Assembly: GCA_963716725.1 (NCBI GenBank)
Contig: CAVQUB010000008.1
Span: forward strand, 224,001 to 288,000
Direction of reading: 5' to 3'
Origin: an uncultured delta proteobacterium
Lineage (GTDB): Bacteria; Myxococcota_A; Polyangia; Polyangiales; Polyangiaceae
Length of the DNA stretch: 64,000 bases
Below are positions 50,161 to 61,900 of this stretch, one piece after another (position 1 is the first letter of the stretch; each line of letters starts with the position of its first letter). The position numbers were made by a program, and so were the translations under genes. The notes beneath the pieces are model-generated. The model saw only the letters and a program-made list of their open reading frames with translations, was not told the origin of the DNA and searched no databases.

Positions 50161-51009
50161 ATGACATTCAGCATTCGATTCTGGGGCGTTCGAGGCAGCA
50201 TCGCGGCGCCGGGACCGGAGACCGCCGGCGTCGGAGGTAACACCAGCTGCGTCGAGGTGACCTGTGGCGATTCGCGCTTCATCCTCGATTCCGGCACCGG
50301 GATCCGCCCCCTGGGCGATGCCCTGATCAAGCAAGGCCCCGTGGACGCGACGCTGCTCTTGTCGCATCACCACTGGGATCACATCCAGGGGCTGCCCTTC
50401 TTCACGCCGATCTACCTTCCGACCACGAAGCTGACCGTGGTCGGTCCGCAGACGGATCGGCTCAGCAACATCGACGTGCTCGAACACCAGATGTCGAGCC
50501 CGGTGTTCCCAGTGCGTCTCGAGGAGCTGCCCTGCTCCCTCGACACCAAGGAAGTGATGGCAGGGGACGTGCTCGAGCTCGGCGGCGCGCGCATCCGCGT
50601 CTCCAAGGGCAACCACCCCGGCGGATCCCTCGCGTACCGCATCGAGTACGCAGGTCGGAGCGTGGTGTACGCGACCGACACCGAGCACTATTCGTGTGTC
50701 GATCCCGCGCTGCGCGATCTGGCGCTCGGAGCCGACGTGCTGATCTACGACTCGCAGTACACGCCCGCCGAGTACCGGGGCGAGCAGGGCCCGTCGAAGG
50801 TCGGTTGGGGGCACTCGACCTATGAGGATGGCGCCAAGCTCGCTCACGCGGCGGACGTGGGACAGTACGTCCTGTTCCACCACGACCCGCGCCGGACCGA
50901 CGCTGGCGTGGCGGAGCTCGAGCAGCGGGCCCAGAGCCTCTTCGCCGGGTCGGTGGCCGCCCGCGAGGGCTTGGTCCTCTCGCTGCCGGCGCGTGCGGTG
51001 GCCGCGTGA
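50161..51009 (+). CDS. MBL-fold metallo-hydrolase (phosphodiesterase-like)
   Basis: FWGVRGS, GGNTSC, SHHHWDH, TDTE, GWGHS, FHHDP. Confidence 0.88.
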   Translation: MTFSIRFWGVRGSIAAPGPETAGVGGNTSCVEVTCGDSRFILDSGTGIRPLGDALIKQGPVDATLLLSHHHWDHIQGLPFFTPIYLPTTKLTVVGPQTDRLSNIDVLEHQMSSPVFPVRLEELPCSLDTKEVMAGDVLELGGARIRVSKGNHPGGSLAYRIEYAGRSVVYATDTEHYSCVDPALRDLALGADVLIYDSQYTPAEYRGEQGPSKVGWGHSTYEDGAKLAHAADVGQYVLFHHDPRRTDAGVAELEQRAQSLFAGSVAAREGLVLSLPARAVAA

Positions 51010-51080
51010 TCTCGCTGCCGGTGGGCCGCTGCGCCGGTGGCCGCCCGCCCTCGGGTATGCTTGCGGCCACCCCGCTCTCC

Positions 51081-52553
51081 ATGTCCCGGCTCTCACTGCT
51101 CATCGATCTCGCTGCTTTGCTCGGCCGTGAGGTGGATCTCGATTCGTTGCTCGCCACGGCCTGCGAGCGCATGGCCGAGTCGCTGCGCGCCGACCGCGCG
51201 AGCATCTGGCTCGTCGACGCCGAACGCGGCGACCTCGTCACTCGGGTGGCGCTCTTGCCCGAGGTGCCGGAGCTGCGCCAGCCGATGGGGCAGGGACTCG
51301 CCGGTCACGTCGCTCGCACCGGTGAGACCGTGCGCGTGGACGAGGCTGCCAGCGATCCTCGCTTCGATCCGAGCGCCGATCGCGCCACCGGCTACCGGAC
51401 TCAGAGCGTGCTCGTCGCGGCCATTCGCGAACACGGTGGCGCGCCGGTTCGCGGCGTGATCCAGCTGTTGAACCGCCAAGATGGCCCCTTTGACACCGAG
51501 GACGAACGTTACCTCGAAGCGCTCGCGCAGCAGCTCGCGCGGGCGCTGGCACTGACCACTCTCCGTGCCCCCGACGAGTCCGGTCCGGGACTCATGTTGC
51601 GCGGGCCCTTCAATCGGATCGTCGGCCGCAGCGCCGCCATGCGTAAGGTCTATCAGCGCGTGGGCTTGGCGGCCGGGACCGACGCGACGGTGCTCTTGCG
51701 CGGCGAGACGGGCACCGGCAAGGGCCTGTTCGCGCGGGCGATCCACGTGAACTCGCCGCGGCAGGGTGGTCCCTTCGTGACCGTCGACTGCACCACGCTG
51801 CCGGCGCAGCTGGTGGAGAGCGAGCTGTTTGGCCACGAACGCGGTGCCTTCACCGGAGCCGAGCGGCGCGTGCGCGGCAAGGTCGAGCTGGCCCACGAAG
51901 GCACGCTCTTCCTCGACGAAATCGGCGAGTTGCCCCCGGAGATGCAGGGCAAGCTGCTGCGCTTCTTGCAAGAGCGCAGCTACGAGCGCGTGGGCGGGCG
52001 CGAGACTCTGCACGCTGATGTGCGAGTGGTGTGCGCGACCCATCGTGATCTCGAGAAGCTCGTCGCCTCGGGGAAGTTCCGCGAAGACCTCTTCTTCAGA
52101 GTGAAGGTGGTGGTCATCGACGTTCCGCCGCTCCGCGACCGCGGATCCGACGAGGTCGAGATCCTGGCCCGCCACTTTGCCGAGATGTACGCCGCCCGCT
52201 ACGACCGCCCGCTACCGGTCTTCGAGCTCGCCGCGCTCGCCGTGCTCCGGCGCCATCGTTGGGCCGGCAACGTCCGCGAGCTCGAGCACTGGGTCGAGAG
52301 CGCGGTCGTGCTGTCGCCCGACGGACGCATCGCGGACGAGCTCTGGCCAAGGTCCGAGCGGGGAGGCGAGCTGCTCACCCGAAGCGACACTTCGGGCGCT
52401 GGCGGCGTGCTGATCCCGGCTGGCCTGACCCTGGACGCCGCGCTCGAGCGCTACATTCGCGCGACGGTGGACGCCTGCGGTGGCAACAAGACAGAAGCCG
52501 CGAAACGGCTGGGCGTCGGCCGCAATACGGTCGGGCGTGCGCTGAAGAAGTGA
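51081..52553 (+). CDS. GAF-domain sigma-54 enhancer-binding protein
   Basis: [43 protein letters not shown]. Alternative start 51006. Confidence 0.92.
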   Translation: MSRLSLLIDLAALLGREVDLDSLLATACERMAESLRADRASIWLVDAERGDLVTRVALLPEVPELRQPMGQGLAGHVARTGETVRVDEAASDPRFDPSADRATGYRTQSVLVAAIREHGGAPVRGVIQLLNRQDGPFDTEDERYLEALAQQLARALALTTLRAPDESGPGLMLRGPFNRIVGRSAAMRKVYQRVGLAAGTDATVLLRGETGTGKGLFARAIHVNSPRQGGPFVTVDCTTLPAQLVESELFGHERGAFTGAERRVRGKVELAHEGTLFLDEIGELPPEMQGKLLRFLQERSYERVGGRETLHADVRVVCATHRDLEKLVASGKFREDLFFRVKVVVIDVPPLRDRGSDEVEILARHFAEMYAARYDRPLPVFELAALAVLRRHRWAGNVRELEHWVESAVVLSPDGRIADELWPRSERGGELLTRSDTSGAGGVLIPAGLTLDAALERYIRATVDACGGNKTEAAKRLGVGRNTVGRALKK

Positions 52554-52597
52554 GGGTAGGCTTTGACCTCGAGCCCCGTGTTGGCGACCATGGCGCG

Positions 52598-53518
52598 GTG
52601 AGCTCGGTGGTCAGATCCGTCGCCGCGGCCCTGTTGCTGCTCTCGTGCGGCGCGAAGTCCGGGCTCGCCGAGCTAGCGCTGGACGCTGGCGCGAGCGTGG
52701 ATGCGAGCGTCGACGCCACGGTCGACGCTCCGGTCGACAGCCCGCCCGACGTGCCCATCGAAGCCGAGCCGGATCCGCCGACGGTCTGCGACGACGCCGG
52801 CCCCACGTCCGTCTACGTGATCACGGCGCAGTCTCTGCTCTATCGCTTCGATCCTCCGAGCTCGAGCTTCGAGCACATCGGCACGGCCTTCTGTGAAAGC
52901 AGCAGCCAGCCGTTCTCGATGGCAGTGGATCGCGGCGGCACGGCTTACGTGGTCTACCAAGACGGGCGCATCTACAAAGTGAATACGCAGACGGCAGCCT
53001 GCCAGCCGACGTCCTTCGCAACCGGGCAGCTCGGCTGGGGGCCGTTCGGGATGGGGTTCGTCTTCGATTCGGCCAACCACAGCGACACGCTGTACGTCAC
53101 CGAATCGTCGTACGCGTGGACTTCGAAAGGACTCGCCAAGTTGGACGTCACCAGCCTGAAGTTGTCCTTCGTCGCGCCCTATTCGGAGCCCTTCTCCAAC
53201 GCCGTCGAGCTGACCGGGACTGGCGATGGTCGCCTGTACGCCTTTGGTCTGCCCGCCGGCCCCCTGGGTGCGCGGTTGGCGGAGGTCGATCCGAGTAGCG
53301 GCGCGTTGCTGTCGACGACTGAGCTCGCGTTGGGCACCGAGAACTCTTCGTTTGCCTTCGCCTTCTGGGGCGGCGACTTCTACCTGTTCACCGCCCCGGA
53401 TGGCGTCACCTTCAGCGACGCCCACCGCTATCGGCCGAGTGACGGGTCGTTGACTTGGGTGGCGAAGGCCAAAGCGACGGTGGTCGGCGCCGGCGTCTCG
53501 ACCTGCGCGCCGCACTGA
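52598..53518 (+). CDS. Lipoprotein, probable beta-propeller
   Basis: LLSC lipobox; PFSMAVDR, ELTGTGDGRL, FAFAFWGGDFY, VGAGVSTCAP. Confidence 0.7.
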   Translation: MSSVVRSVAAALLLLSCGAKSGLAELALDAGASVDASVDATVDAPVDSPPDVPIEAEPDPPTVCDDAGPTSVYVITAQSLLYRFDPPSSSFEHIGTAFCESSSQPFSMAVDRGGTAYVVYQDGRIYKVNTQTAACQPTSFATGQLGWGPFGMGFVFDSANHSDTLYVTESSYAWTSKGLAKLDVTSLKLSFVAPYSEPFSNAVELTGTGDGRLYAFGLPAGPLGARLAEVDPSSGALLSTTELALGTENSSFAFAFWGGDFYLFTAPDGVTFSDAHRYRPSDGSLTWVAKAKATVVGAGVSTCAPH

Positions 53519-53622
53519 GCGGGCGTGGCTCCAGGGAGGCTCGCGGGGGCAGGGGGCTGCGGACGCGCAAAAACGGCGCACCCGTTGCCGAAACGCCGTC
53601 GCGCGGCGGATACTCGGCGCTC

Positions 53623-54303
53623 ATGCTGCGTCACGCCTCCTCTCTGTTCGCGATCGTGCTGGTGCCGGCGGGCCTCGCCGCCTGCGATCAAGCGCCGGCC
53701 ACCGGTGTCTCGGCTCCAGTGGCTCAGGCCCGGGTCAACCCGCCTCCGCGGCCGGACGCCGAACCCCTCCTCGCGGAGCTCGATCTGGCCGAGGTGTGCA
53801 ACGGCAACGCTTCGAAGGACACCACGGCCTACGACGGTGCGGTGGGACGCATCCACCCCACGCTGGTGTTCTCGCGCAAGAGCTCGAAGGACAGCTTCTC
53901 GAAGTCGTACAACCGCCACTTTGACGGGTGGAAGGCGGAGGCGCCCAAGAACTACGAGCTCGTCGCCTGCGTGACGGCCAAGAGCAGTACCAAGGTCAGA
54001 GAGTGCAAGTTCGCGGCGAAGAAACCCGTGAGCCAACTGGATCTCGAGGACACCTCGTACGAGATGGTCGTGGTCGAAGCGCAGACCGGGAAACAGATCG
54101 CCAAGACCAGCGTCGATCTGAAAGCCGACCAAGGCTGCCCGATGGTTTGGATGTTCAAGACCGACCGGGACGCGAAGCAGGCGGACTTTTCCCAGGCCTT
54201 GATGGGCTGGGCGAAGACGTGGGTCGCGCCGAAACCGGCGGGCGTCGGCACTGATGCGACGCTCGACGCCGGCGCTCCGGTCAGAACCGAACGCGGGCGA
54301 TGA
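53623..54303 (+). CDS. Hypothetical lipoprotein
   Basis: LAAC lipobox after ATG 53623. Confidence 0.6.
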   Translation: MLRHASSLFAIVLVPAGLAACDQAPATGVSAPVAQARVNPPPRPDAEPLLAELDLAEVCNGNASKDTTAYDGAVGRIHPTLVFSRKSSKDSFSKSYNRHFDGWKAEAPKNYELVACVTAKSSTKVRECKFAAKKPVSQLDLEDTSYEMVVVEAQTGKQIAKTSVDLKADQGCPMVWMFKTDRDAKQADFSQALMGWAKTWVAPKPAGVGTDATLDAGAPVRTERGR

Positions 54304-57256
54304 AGAATTTGTTGTTCAGCCTCTCGTCCGTGATGGCGTCGAAGCTGGTGTGCGTGCCGACCTCACCCTTGAGCGAGTGGGAGCGACCGTGCTCCGTCGT
54401 GAAGTAGAGCGTGGTGACGCCCTTCTTCTTCTGCTCTTCGATGAAATCCTTGAACTTCTGCCCGGTGGAAACGAAGGCAGGCGTCCTGTTGCCCGTGTAG
54501 AAGTTCTCGCCCTTCCAGTTCATTTGATACGCGATCAGGAGCTCGTCCGGGCTCTTGCGATCGCGGTAGTAGGCGAGCACGGTCTCGCGCTGGCCCCAGT
54601 GGGGCGCCGCTTTATACAGATAGACGTTCACTCCCCAGCCAGCCCAGAGCACGCTGAGCGCGAGCAAGCCGACCGCCGCGTGGGCCCGGAGCTTCGGCAC
54701 CGCCATCAACAGGCTGAGCACGGCGGGCACGAAGGTGAAGGCGGTCAAAATGGCCTTGAAATCCAGGGAATTTGGCCAGGGCCGACGGTAGTTGTAGGTG
54801 AACAGCTGCATCAGCCGCGCCTGGCCTTCGATGTCGCCTTGCATCGTGTAGAACATGTCGCGGCCCGCGATCACCAGCACGAACGCAGAAGCGATGGCGA
54901 CCGCGCCGATCACGATGCCGTCGTAGGCGCGGCTGTCGATCAGGCCCCCGCTCGCTGCCGCGGTGCCTCCCGTGCTCGGCTCGGAAGCTCCCGCCAAAGC
55001 AAAAGCTTTGGGCATTGAACTGAGATCAGCGCTCGGCGGCTCGGCGGAAGCCTCGGCGCTCGGCGGCTCCACCGAGGCCTTGGTGCGACGGATCACCAGG
55101 TAGGCGATGCCCACGGCGAGCGCGATGCACACCCAGCCCAGCCACTTGATGGGAGCGGGCGGATGCTCTCCGACCACTCGGCCCGTGAGCGCGCCGGGGA
55201 AGAAGCGCATGGCGCCGTAGACTGCCAGCATGACGCTGGCGCTGATGCCCGTCAGGGTGACGGCGAGAGAGCGCCCGCTCGGAAGCTCACGGTCCCCCAG
55301 CGCGCGATCGAGCAGCAGGCCGACCAACATGGCCGTGGGTGGGACCACCGGGAAGATGTAGTGGTGGAACTTGGTCAGGGTGATGGTGAACATGCCGAAC
55401 GCCATGACGAACCACAGCGCCAAGAACGCCCCGGCGTCACCTCGCGCATCGTCGCGGTCGTTGGGCCGCCGCAGCCACCAGCCCAACCCGGCAGCCGCGA
55501 GCCCCGTCCACGGAAAGAGCCCGTAGCCCAGCTGCCAGATGTAGTAGCGAAAGCTCACGTCATCGCCGACATTCGTGTCGTGCACGTGCACGAAAGCGCG
55601 CTTGTACATGTCGTGGAAGAGCAGCCGATCGGTGAAGGGCTGCCCGTGGCGCATGTACATCTGCACGTACCAAGGCAGCGCGACGCAGGCGACAATCAGG
55701 AGCAAGCTCAGGACTTCGACTCGCACCAAGTCACGCCAGCGGCGAGTCGCCGCCACGTAGGCGCCGATGATGGCGATCGGCAGCACGAGCCCCGGGGCGC
55801 CCTTGCCCATGGCAGCCAGCGCGACGAAGATCCAGGCTGCCAAGAAGTACAGCCGTGCGCGTCGCCTTTCGCCGCGGTTGATCCAGAGCAGCGCCGCCGA
55901 GAGTGCAGACCACAGCGCCGCGCCGTGCCAGGGCTGGAACAGCTTGTTGACCGGCACTTGGTCCTTGCACGCTTCGTTGCCTGGCAGCCCGCAGTTGCCG
56001 CCGCCCGAGCCCGAGAAGAACTGATCGAAGTGCCAGCGGAACCCCCGGGAGCCCGAGAGGTGCAGGGTCAGGTTGCGTGACAACAGGTAGAGCACCTGCG
56101 GCAGCACCAAGAGCACGATCACGCCGAACACCAGGTGCCACAGTGAGACGCGCAGCTTCCAGCGTCCGATCGAGATCTGGTGGACCCGGACCTCTTCGTC
56201 CGGATCCGTGTGGAAGGCCAGGAGGGCGAGCCCCATCGCCGCGGTCAAGGGCGCGACGTAGAGCATGTCCGTCATCGACTGGTGCGCGATGAGGAACCAG
56301 TACGGCATGGTGGTGAGCACCACGCCGCCGAGGAACCCAGCCCGGCGCCCGCAGGCCTTGGCCACGCCTTTGTAGAGGAAGTAGACCGCCAGGACAGTCA
56401 GCAAGAACACGCCGATGCGCGCGGCCCACTCGGGCTGGGGCAGGCGCCCCAGCGCCGCGGCCGACAGCATTTGGTCGGGCATGTAGCGCACGCCCAAGGC
56501 CGAGAAGAAGACCCCCTGCATCCAGAAATCGAGGATGGGTTTCGACCAGAACCAGCCGTCTTGGGCCCACCACAGGCTGATCCAATCGTCGCGCACCAGC
56601 ATCTCGCGCGCGACCTCGCCGTAGTGCGTCTCCCACGGATCGGAGAGCGAGTAGCTGCCGAGCAGCGGCAGATACAGGAGCGAGGTCAACACCACTAGCC
56701 AGAAGCCGTGTCGGCGGAAGAGGGGGCGCTCCCTTCCGGACTCGTCCGGCCCGAGCGCGCCGACGGCCTGCACAGTGCGGAACCCGGCCGTCACCATCCA
56801 CAAGAACGTGCCGGTGACCAGTACGGCGGCGCTCAGGATCGGGAATGGCAACCCTCCGGCGACGGCGAGTCGCATCGACACGAACCAGGCAGCTACCGCG
56901 GTGACGAGTTCGAGCAACGCCGGGCGCAGCTTGGCGCCCTCGGGTCGTGCGCTGACCTTTGCCTCGGGGTCGTCGAAGTTCCCGAGCATGTGGGTGATGC
57001 CGATGAACGCGACAAGTCCGCCGACGACCGCGACCGGGACGCTGAACGACCACCGCTGAGTGGTCGCCATCAGCAAGAAGGGTGCAGCGGCGCCCACGAG
57101 CGCGATGAACGCGCCGACAAGCCAGTGCGGAGCGTTCCCCGTCCGGCCGACGATCGGCGTGGGGTCCGCGCTGGGCGGGTCAGCTGGCGGCGCAGGCGGA
57201 TCAGCGGCTGGCGCTTCGGGCGCGGTGGCTTCCGGTTTCCCTTCTTCGTCAGTCAT
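54281..57256 (-). CDS. ArnT/PMT-type (GT-C) polytopic membrane glycosyltransferase
   Basis: DPWETHYGEVAREM, SKPIL..W, TDM, KG..G, FPW, TKFHHYIFP. Confidence 0.85.
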   Translation of the reverse strand: MTDEEGKPEATAPEAPAADPPAPPADPPSADPTPIVGRTGNAPHWLVGAFIALVGAAAPFLLMATTQRWSFSVPVAVVGGLVAFIGITHMLGNFDDPEAKVSARPEGAKLRPALLELVTAVAAWFVSMRLAVAGGLPFPILSAAVLVTGTFLWMVTAGFRTVQAVGALGPDESGRERPLFRRHGFWLVVLTSLLYLPLLGSYSLSDPWETHYGEVAREMLVRDDWISLWWAQDGWFWSKPILDFWMQGVFFSALGVRYMPDQMLSAAALGRLPQPEWAARIGVFLLTVLAVYFLYKGVAKACGRRAGFLGGVVLTTMPYWFLIAHQSMTDMLYVAPLTAAMGLALLAFHTDPDEEVRVHQISIGRWKLRVSLWHLVFGVIVLLVLPQVLYLLSRNLTLHLSGSRGFRWHFDQFFSGSGGGNCGLPGNEACKDQVPVNKLFQPWHGAALWSALSAALLWINRGERRRARLYFLAAWIFVALAAMGKGAPGLVLPIAIIGAYVAATRRWRDLVRVEVLSLLLIVACVALPWYVQMYMRHGQPFTDRLLFHDMYKRAFVHVHDTNVGDDVSFRYYIWQLGYGLFPWTGLAAAGLGWWLRRPNDRDDARGDAGAFLALWFVMAFGMFTITLTKFHHYIFPVVPPTAMLVGLLLDRALGDRELPSGRSLAVTLTGISASVMLAVYGAMRFFPGALTGRVVGEHPPAPIKWLGWVCIALAVGIAYLVIRRTKASVEPPSAEASAEPPSADLSSMPKAFALAGASEPSTGGTAAASGGLIDSRAYDGIVIGAVAIASAFVLVIAGRDMFYTMQGDIEGQARLMQLFTYNYRRPWPNSLDFKAILTAFTFVPAVLSLLMAVPKLRAHAAVGLLALSVLWAGWGVNVYLYKAAPHWGQRETVLAYYRDRKSPDELLIAYQMNWKGENFYTGNRTPAFVSTGQKFKDFIEEQKKKGVTTLYFTTEHGRSHSLKGEVGTHTSFDAITDERLNNKFFIARVRF

Positions 57257-57321
57257 GCTCGGGCGGGGTGTCGTAGCAATTCTCGCGCGGTTTGCCCACT
57301 GTCAGACGCCCGCGTCACCCC

Positions 57322-58161
57322 TTAAAAACGCCCGAGCACCAGCGCTAGCCACCCCGCTTCTTGCTCCCGGGACTCCTCCCGGAGCCCTTGGTCCGCAAAG
57401 CGCGCGAGGATCTCGTCGCCGCGCTCGCGAAGCAGCCCAGACAGGAGCAGACGACCCGCCGGAGCGGTCACCCGCGCCAAGTCGCCGGCGAGCTCGAGCA
57501 GCACCCAGGCTTCGATGTTGGCGATGACCAAATCGTAGCGCCCGCGCACGCTCGACAGCGGGCGGGCGGAGAACGAGCAGCGACGCGAGAGGCGGTTCAG
57601 CTGGGCGTTCTTGCGCGCAGCGCGGAGGGCGGTCTGGTCGAGGTCGATCCCGAGCACGCGCGGTGCCCGACAGGACGCGGCCACCATCGCGAGCACGCCG
57701 TTTCCCGTTCCGACATCGAGCACCGCGCTTGGCTCGAGCTGGCGGCAGTGCCGCTCGGTCGCACGAGCCGCGAGCCGCGTGGTGGGGTGGTTGCCTTCGC
57801 CAAAAGCTTGGTCTGGCGCGAACCAAATCCGGCGCTTGCCCCTGGGCAAGCTGTCGGTGCGGGTCGTCGGCTGAAACACGATGCGATCGGTGATCAACAC
57901 CGGCTCCAGGTACTGCATCCAGCCGGTCTGCCAGCTCGGATCCAACTCACGCTCCGCGACCGTCACCACGCCTGGGAATTCGCGCGCCACCGCGGTCGCC
58001 AGACGACGGGCAGCCGCCCTGCCCAGGGCCCAGACCACCAGCCTTGGGCCAGCGCGCTCTTCGACCGCACCCGCGCCGGCCTCGAAGAGGATGGCTGACA
58101 CCTTCTTGGCGACGCGTCGGGGCACCGCGAAGGTGAGCTCGAAGCACGCATTATCAATCAC
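57322..58161 (-). CDS. prmA: Ribosomal protein L11 methyltransferase
   Basis: AFGEGNHPTT, VLDVGTGNGVLA, YDLVIANI, LLSGL. Confidence 0.85.
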   Translation of the reverse strand: MIDNACFELTFAVPRRVAKKVSAILFEAGAGAVEERAGPRLVVWALGRAAARRLATAVAREFPGVVTVAERELDPSWQTGWMQYLEPVLITDRIVFQPTTRTDSLPRGKRRIWFAPDQAFGEGNHPTTRLAARATERHCRQLEPSAVLDVGTGNGVLAMVAASCRAPRVLGIDLDQTALRAARKNAQLNRLSRRCSFSARPLSSVRGRYDLVIANIEAWVLLELAGDLARVTAPAGRLLLSGLLRERGDEILARFADQGLREESREQEAGWLALVLGRF

Positions 58162-58951
58162 CGACCCGCACGCTTTCACGCCAGGCTTCGGCTTGGTGCA
58201 TGGCCCGCGCGAAGTCGGTCGTGGCCGACACCGCGCGCAGCATGCTGGTGTAGCGGGCCAGGGGTTCGGCCGAGACCCCAATGGCCCCGATGGCCGCGTC
58301 GAGCAGCTTGGCTTCTTCGGCGCTCAGAGGTCGGCTCAGCGTCGCCGACAACTCCAGCACGTAGTCGGTCCAACGCCGCGAGGGCAGCGACTTTGCCAGC
58401 TTTGCAGCGCAGCGCAGGGCCATCTCGACCAGTGGGGGCTCGTGCCAGTTTCCGCCCTTTGCTGCGGCCAACGCCGTCTCGAGCCACCGCCCCAGCGTGC
58501 GCTCCGCGAGCTCCGGCTGTCCCTTGGCGATCAGGTGATCGGCCGCGGCCTCGAGCACCTCGTCCATCGGCACGCGAGCGGTCGGTGGCAAGTACGGAGC
58601 CTGCCCTTCGGCCCGGCTCGGCCCTGGGCGCCGCGGTGCTGTGTCCGAAATCGAGATCTCCGTCTCGATCGAGACCTCGAGTCCGAGCTCGCCGCCTACG
58701 ACCACGAAATCGCCGTTGTTGAGCGCGTGCCGTTCGGCAATGCGGACTCCGTTCACGAAGGTGCCGTTCGCGCTCCCGAGATCCTCGAGCGCGGCGCCTT
58801 GGGCATCGACTACGAGGCGAGCGTGGTATCGCGAGCAACGCCCGCTCGACAGCACGACGTCACAATCGTCTGCTCTGCCGATCGAGTACGTGCCGGGTGG
58901 GAAGTGGTGCTGCCCATCCGGCGTCTCCAACTGAACTCGCACGCGCGCCAT
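58154..58951 (-). CDS. FHA-domain protein
   Basis: IGR..SRYHA..DLGSANGTFVNG. Confidence 0.88.
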   Translation of the reverse strand: MARVRVQLETPDGQHHFPPGTYSIGRADDCDVVLSSGRCSRYHARLVVDAQGAALEDLGSANGTFVNGVRIAERHALNNGDFVVVGGELGLEVSIETEISISDTAPRRPGPSRAEGQAPYLPPTARVPMDEVLEAAADHLIAKGQPELAERTLGRWLETALAAAKGGNWHEPPLVEMALRCAAKLAKSLPSRRWTDYVLELSATLSRPLSAEEAKLLDAAIGAIGVSAEPLARYTSMLRAVSATTDFARAMHQAEAWRESVRVGD

Positions 58952-58993
58952 TGCCGAACGAGTCAGTCTACCCCAGCGCTGGGCGCCGCGGCC

Positions 58994-61900
58994 CTACTTC
59001 GCGCGGGTCGCGTCTTTCGGGGCTGCGGCGAGATCCCCCAGCGCACGATCGCAGTCGTCGAGTACCAGCTTGTTGGCGGTCGCTTGGGCCATGCGCTTGG
59101 CGAGAGCGAGCTCGCGCCGCGCACCCACGGCGTCTCCGCGCCGGGCGAGCAGCTTGCCCAGGAGCGTGCGTCCGCTCAGGGCGTCCCAGGTCCATTTCTG
59201 TGCTTCGGCGTGGGCCAGCTTCCGGCCCAAGAGCTTCAGGGCAGCGTCGGAGCCGTTCAGTGCGTCCAAGTACGCCAACATGATTTGGTTCAGGTTCACC
59301 AGGCGATCGGCCCCGATGCGCTCGGCGACGGAGAGTGAGCGCGTCAACGCGGCGTAGGCTCGAGGCAGATCGTCGGTGCGCATCAGGCCGTCGCCTTGGT
59401 TGTGCAGGTGGATCGCCACCTCGTGGGGGATGCCGAGGCCACGGGCCTGCTCCGCCGCGGTTCCGCTCTCCAGGGCGCAGCGCGCCCAGTCGCCGCGAAA
59501 GCCGTGGATCAGCGCGCGGACCTTGGCGCGCTCGAGGGCGAGCACTGGCTCTTCACCCTCGGCAAACAAGCCCCGCGCCTGGTCGAGGGCGCTCAGCGCC
59601 TCGTCGTACTCGCCCGCCGCGGCGGCCGCCTGAGCGGTCGCCAGCAGTCTTCGATGTTCGTCCTTGGTATCACCCAGCGACAAGCCCTTGGCACGCTCGA
59701 GAGCGGCGAGCGCGAGCTTGAACTCTCCTTGTCGGGCGGCGAGCTCACCCTCCGCCATGAGCACCAGCTGACTGAGGGCCGGCATGGACTCGGCGCGGGT
59801 GATCGCGCTTGCCAACAATCGAAGCGCCTCTTTGTAGCGGCTGAGCGCCCCCAAGATCAGCGCAAGGTCGACGCTGATGCGAACCGCAAGCTCGGGATCG
59901 AAGCGCGAGTCGGACTGCAGGTGCAGCCAGAGTCGCTGAACGACGTCCGGGAGCTTGGCGCCAGCGCGCACGTGACGCACGGCCTGCCCCCAAGCGCGGA
60001 CCCACTCCGCCAGCTCCGTGGGCGCCTGCGTCTGCCAGTCGGACAGATCGATGGCGCGGGCGAAGTCCGCAGCGGCGCGCTCCAGGCGTCGCGCCCCCAG
60101 GTGGTAGAAGGCGCTGGTCGCGTAGAACCCCGATGCGCGAATGCGCTCGCCGGCCTCGGCGTAGTGCCGCGCGATGCGCGACGCTTCTTGTTCGGTCCGC
60201 TCGGCCAGGACCATTGGGTAAGCGTTGGCCGCGCTCCGATGCAGCTCGGCGCGCGCGTCCGGTTCCAGCTCGCCCGCGAGGACCTCGGGCAAGAACGTGG
60301 TGCCGAAGCCCAGCGACACCGGGTCTTCGCGGACCAGGAGGCGCTTTTCGATCAGGGCATCGGCCAGCGCGCTCACCTTTCCGATGGGCAAGTCGAGCAT
60401 CGCGGCCAGCACCGAAGAATCTACCGGGGCGCCCAGAATCGCCGCCGCTACCAACAGATCGCGCTCGAGCTCGGGCAAGCGCCGGACGCGGTCGACGATC
60501 AGCGCGCGAAGCGGCCGGGGAACGGCGAGCACGCCGTCGAGCGCCAAGCGCTCGACCGAAGCGCCCTCGACCACGATGGCACCAGACTCCAGGGCCTCGC
60601 GCAGGAGCTCGTCGACGAACATCGGGTGCCCTCCTGCCCTTTCGAGCACGAAGGTCCGTAGCTCTTCTGGCACTTCCGCGACTTCGAGCCGAGCGGCGAC
60701 CAGTCGCCGCACGTCGTCCTCGTTGAGGTCATCCACGGCCAGCTCGGTGTAGCCCGGCACCTTTCGGTAGGGCGCGTCGTCCCGGGGCCGACCCGCGAAG
60801 ACGAACAACACCCGGCTCGAGCCGAGGCGCGCCGCGACCTGGATCAGGGCAGCTCCGCTCTCTTCGTCGAGCTCATGGGCGTCGTCCCACGCAAAGATGT
60901 GCAGGCGGTCCTCGGCAAGACTGGCGAACATACGAGACAGGGCTCCGGTCAGGGCCCCGGCCGAGTCCGCCCCACCGCGAGCTGCGCCCAGCGCCCCGAG
61001 CACCGCGGTGACCTCGACGCCGATCAGACCCAGCGCGCGCAGGCGAGGCTCGACCGCCACGATCACCGACGGTGGATCTCCTTCGCGAACGCCGCACATG
61101 GCGCGAAGCATCGCCACCAGAGCGCCCTGCGGTTCTTCTCGCCCACGGGGCAGGCAGCGCGCGATGTGGCAGCCGATGTTGAACGAACCGCGCGAAATGC
61201 GCGCGATGGCTTCGTGCAAGAGCCGCGTCTTGCCAATGCCATGCGGCCCGATCAGCCCGACGACTTGCAGCTGCCGTCGCCCCGCGACCTTGAGCGCGTC
61301 ACCCAGCTTGCGCAGCTCGTTCTTGCGACCGACGAATCCGAGCGTCGCGTCGACGGGACGGCCCTCGCCCACCAGGTAGGTCTTCGCGATGGATTTGGCG
61401 GCTGTCAGCTCGAATTGACCACGCAGGTTTTGGGCGGCGGTGGCCGAAATCACGACGCGTCGCAGGTTGGTCGCCGCGAGGCGCCGCGCAGCGGCCGCAG
61501 CCGTCGCGACCCGCGCGTCCTCGATCAGCGCGCCCGAGTCGTCCACCGTCAAGCGCGCGAGATCCACCGCGACGCACAGGTCGCATGAGCCCGAGTAGGC
61601 GCGCACCGCGACCAGCCCGGCTCGCACGGCGTTTTCGGTGTCCCGGCTGTCGGCCACCGAGAGCCCAAAGACCGCGCTGAACTCGTCATCGCTACTCTGG
61701 AGCAGTCGCCCCCCGTAGCGTGTGAACAACTCTCGCAAGTGCTCGCGTACTTCGGGGCGAGCCCCGCGGGCGCCGAGGCGCGTCACCAGGATCGAGAGCT
61801 CGCGCTCGTGCTTGAGCTCGGACAGCGCGCCGAGCACGCTCGGTTCGCGCTCGGGCTCGAGGGGCAACACGAGCTCGACCGGCCGGCGCAGCTCCGATCG

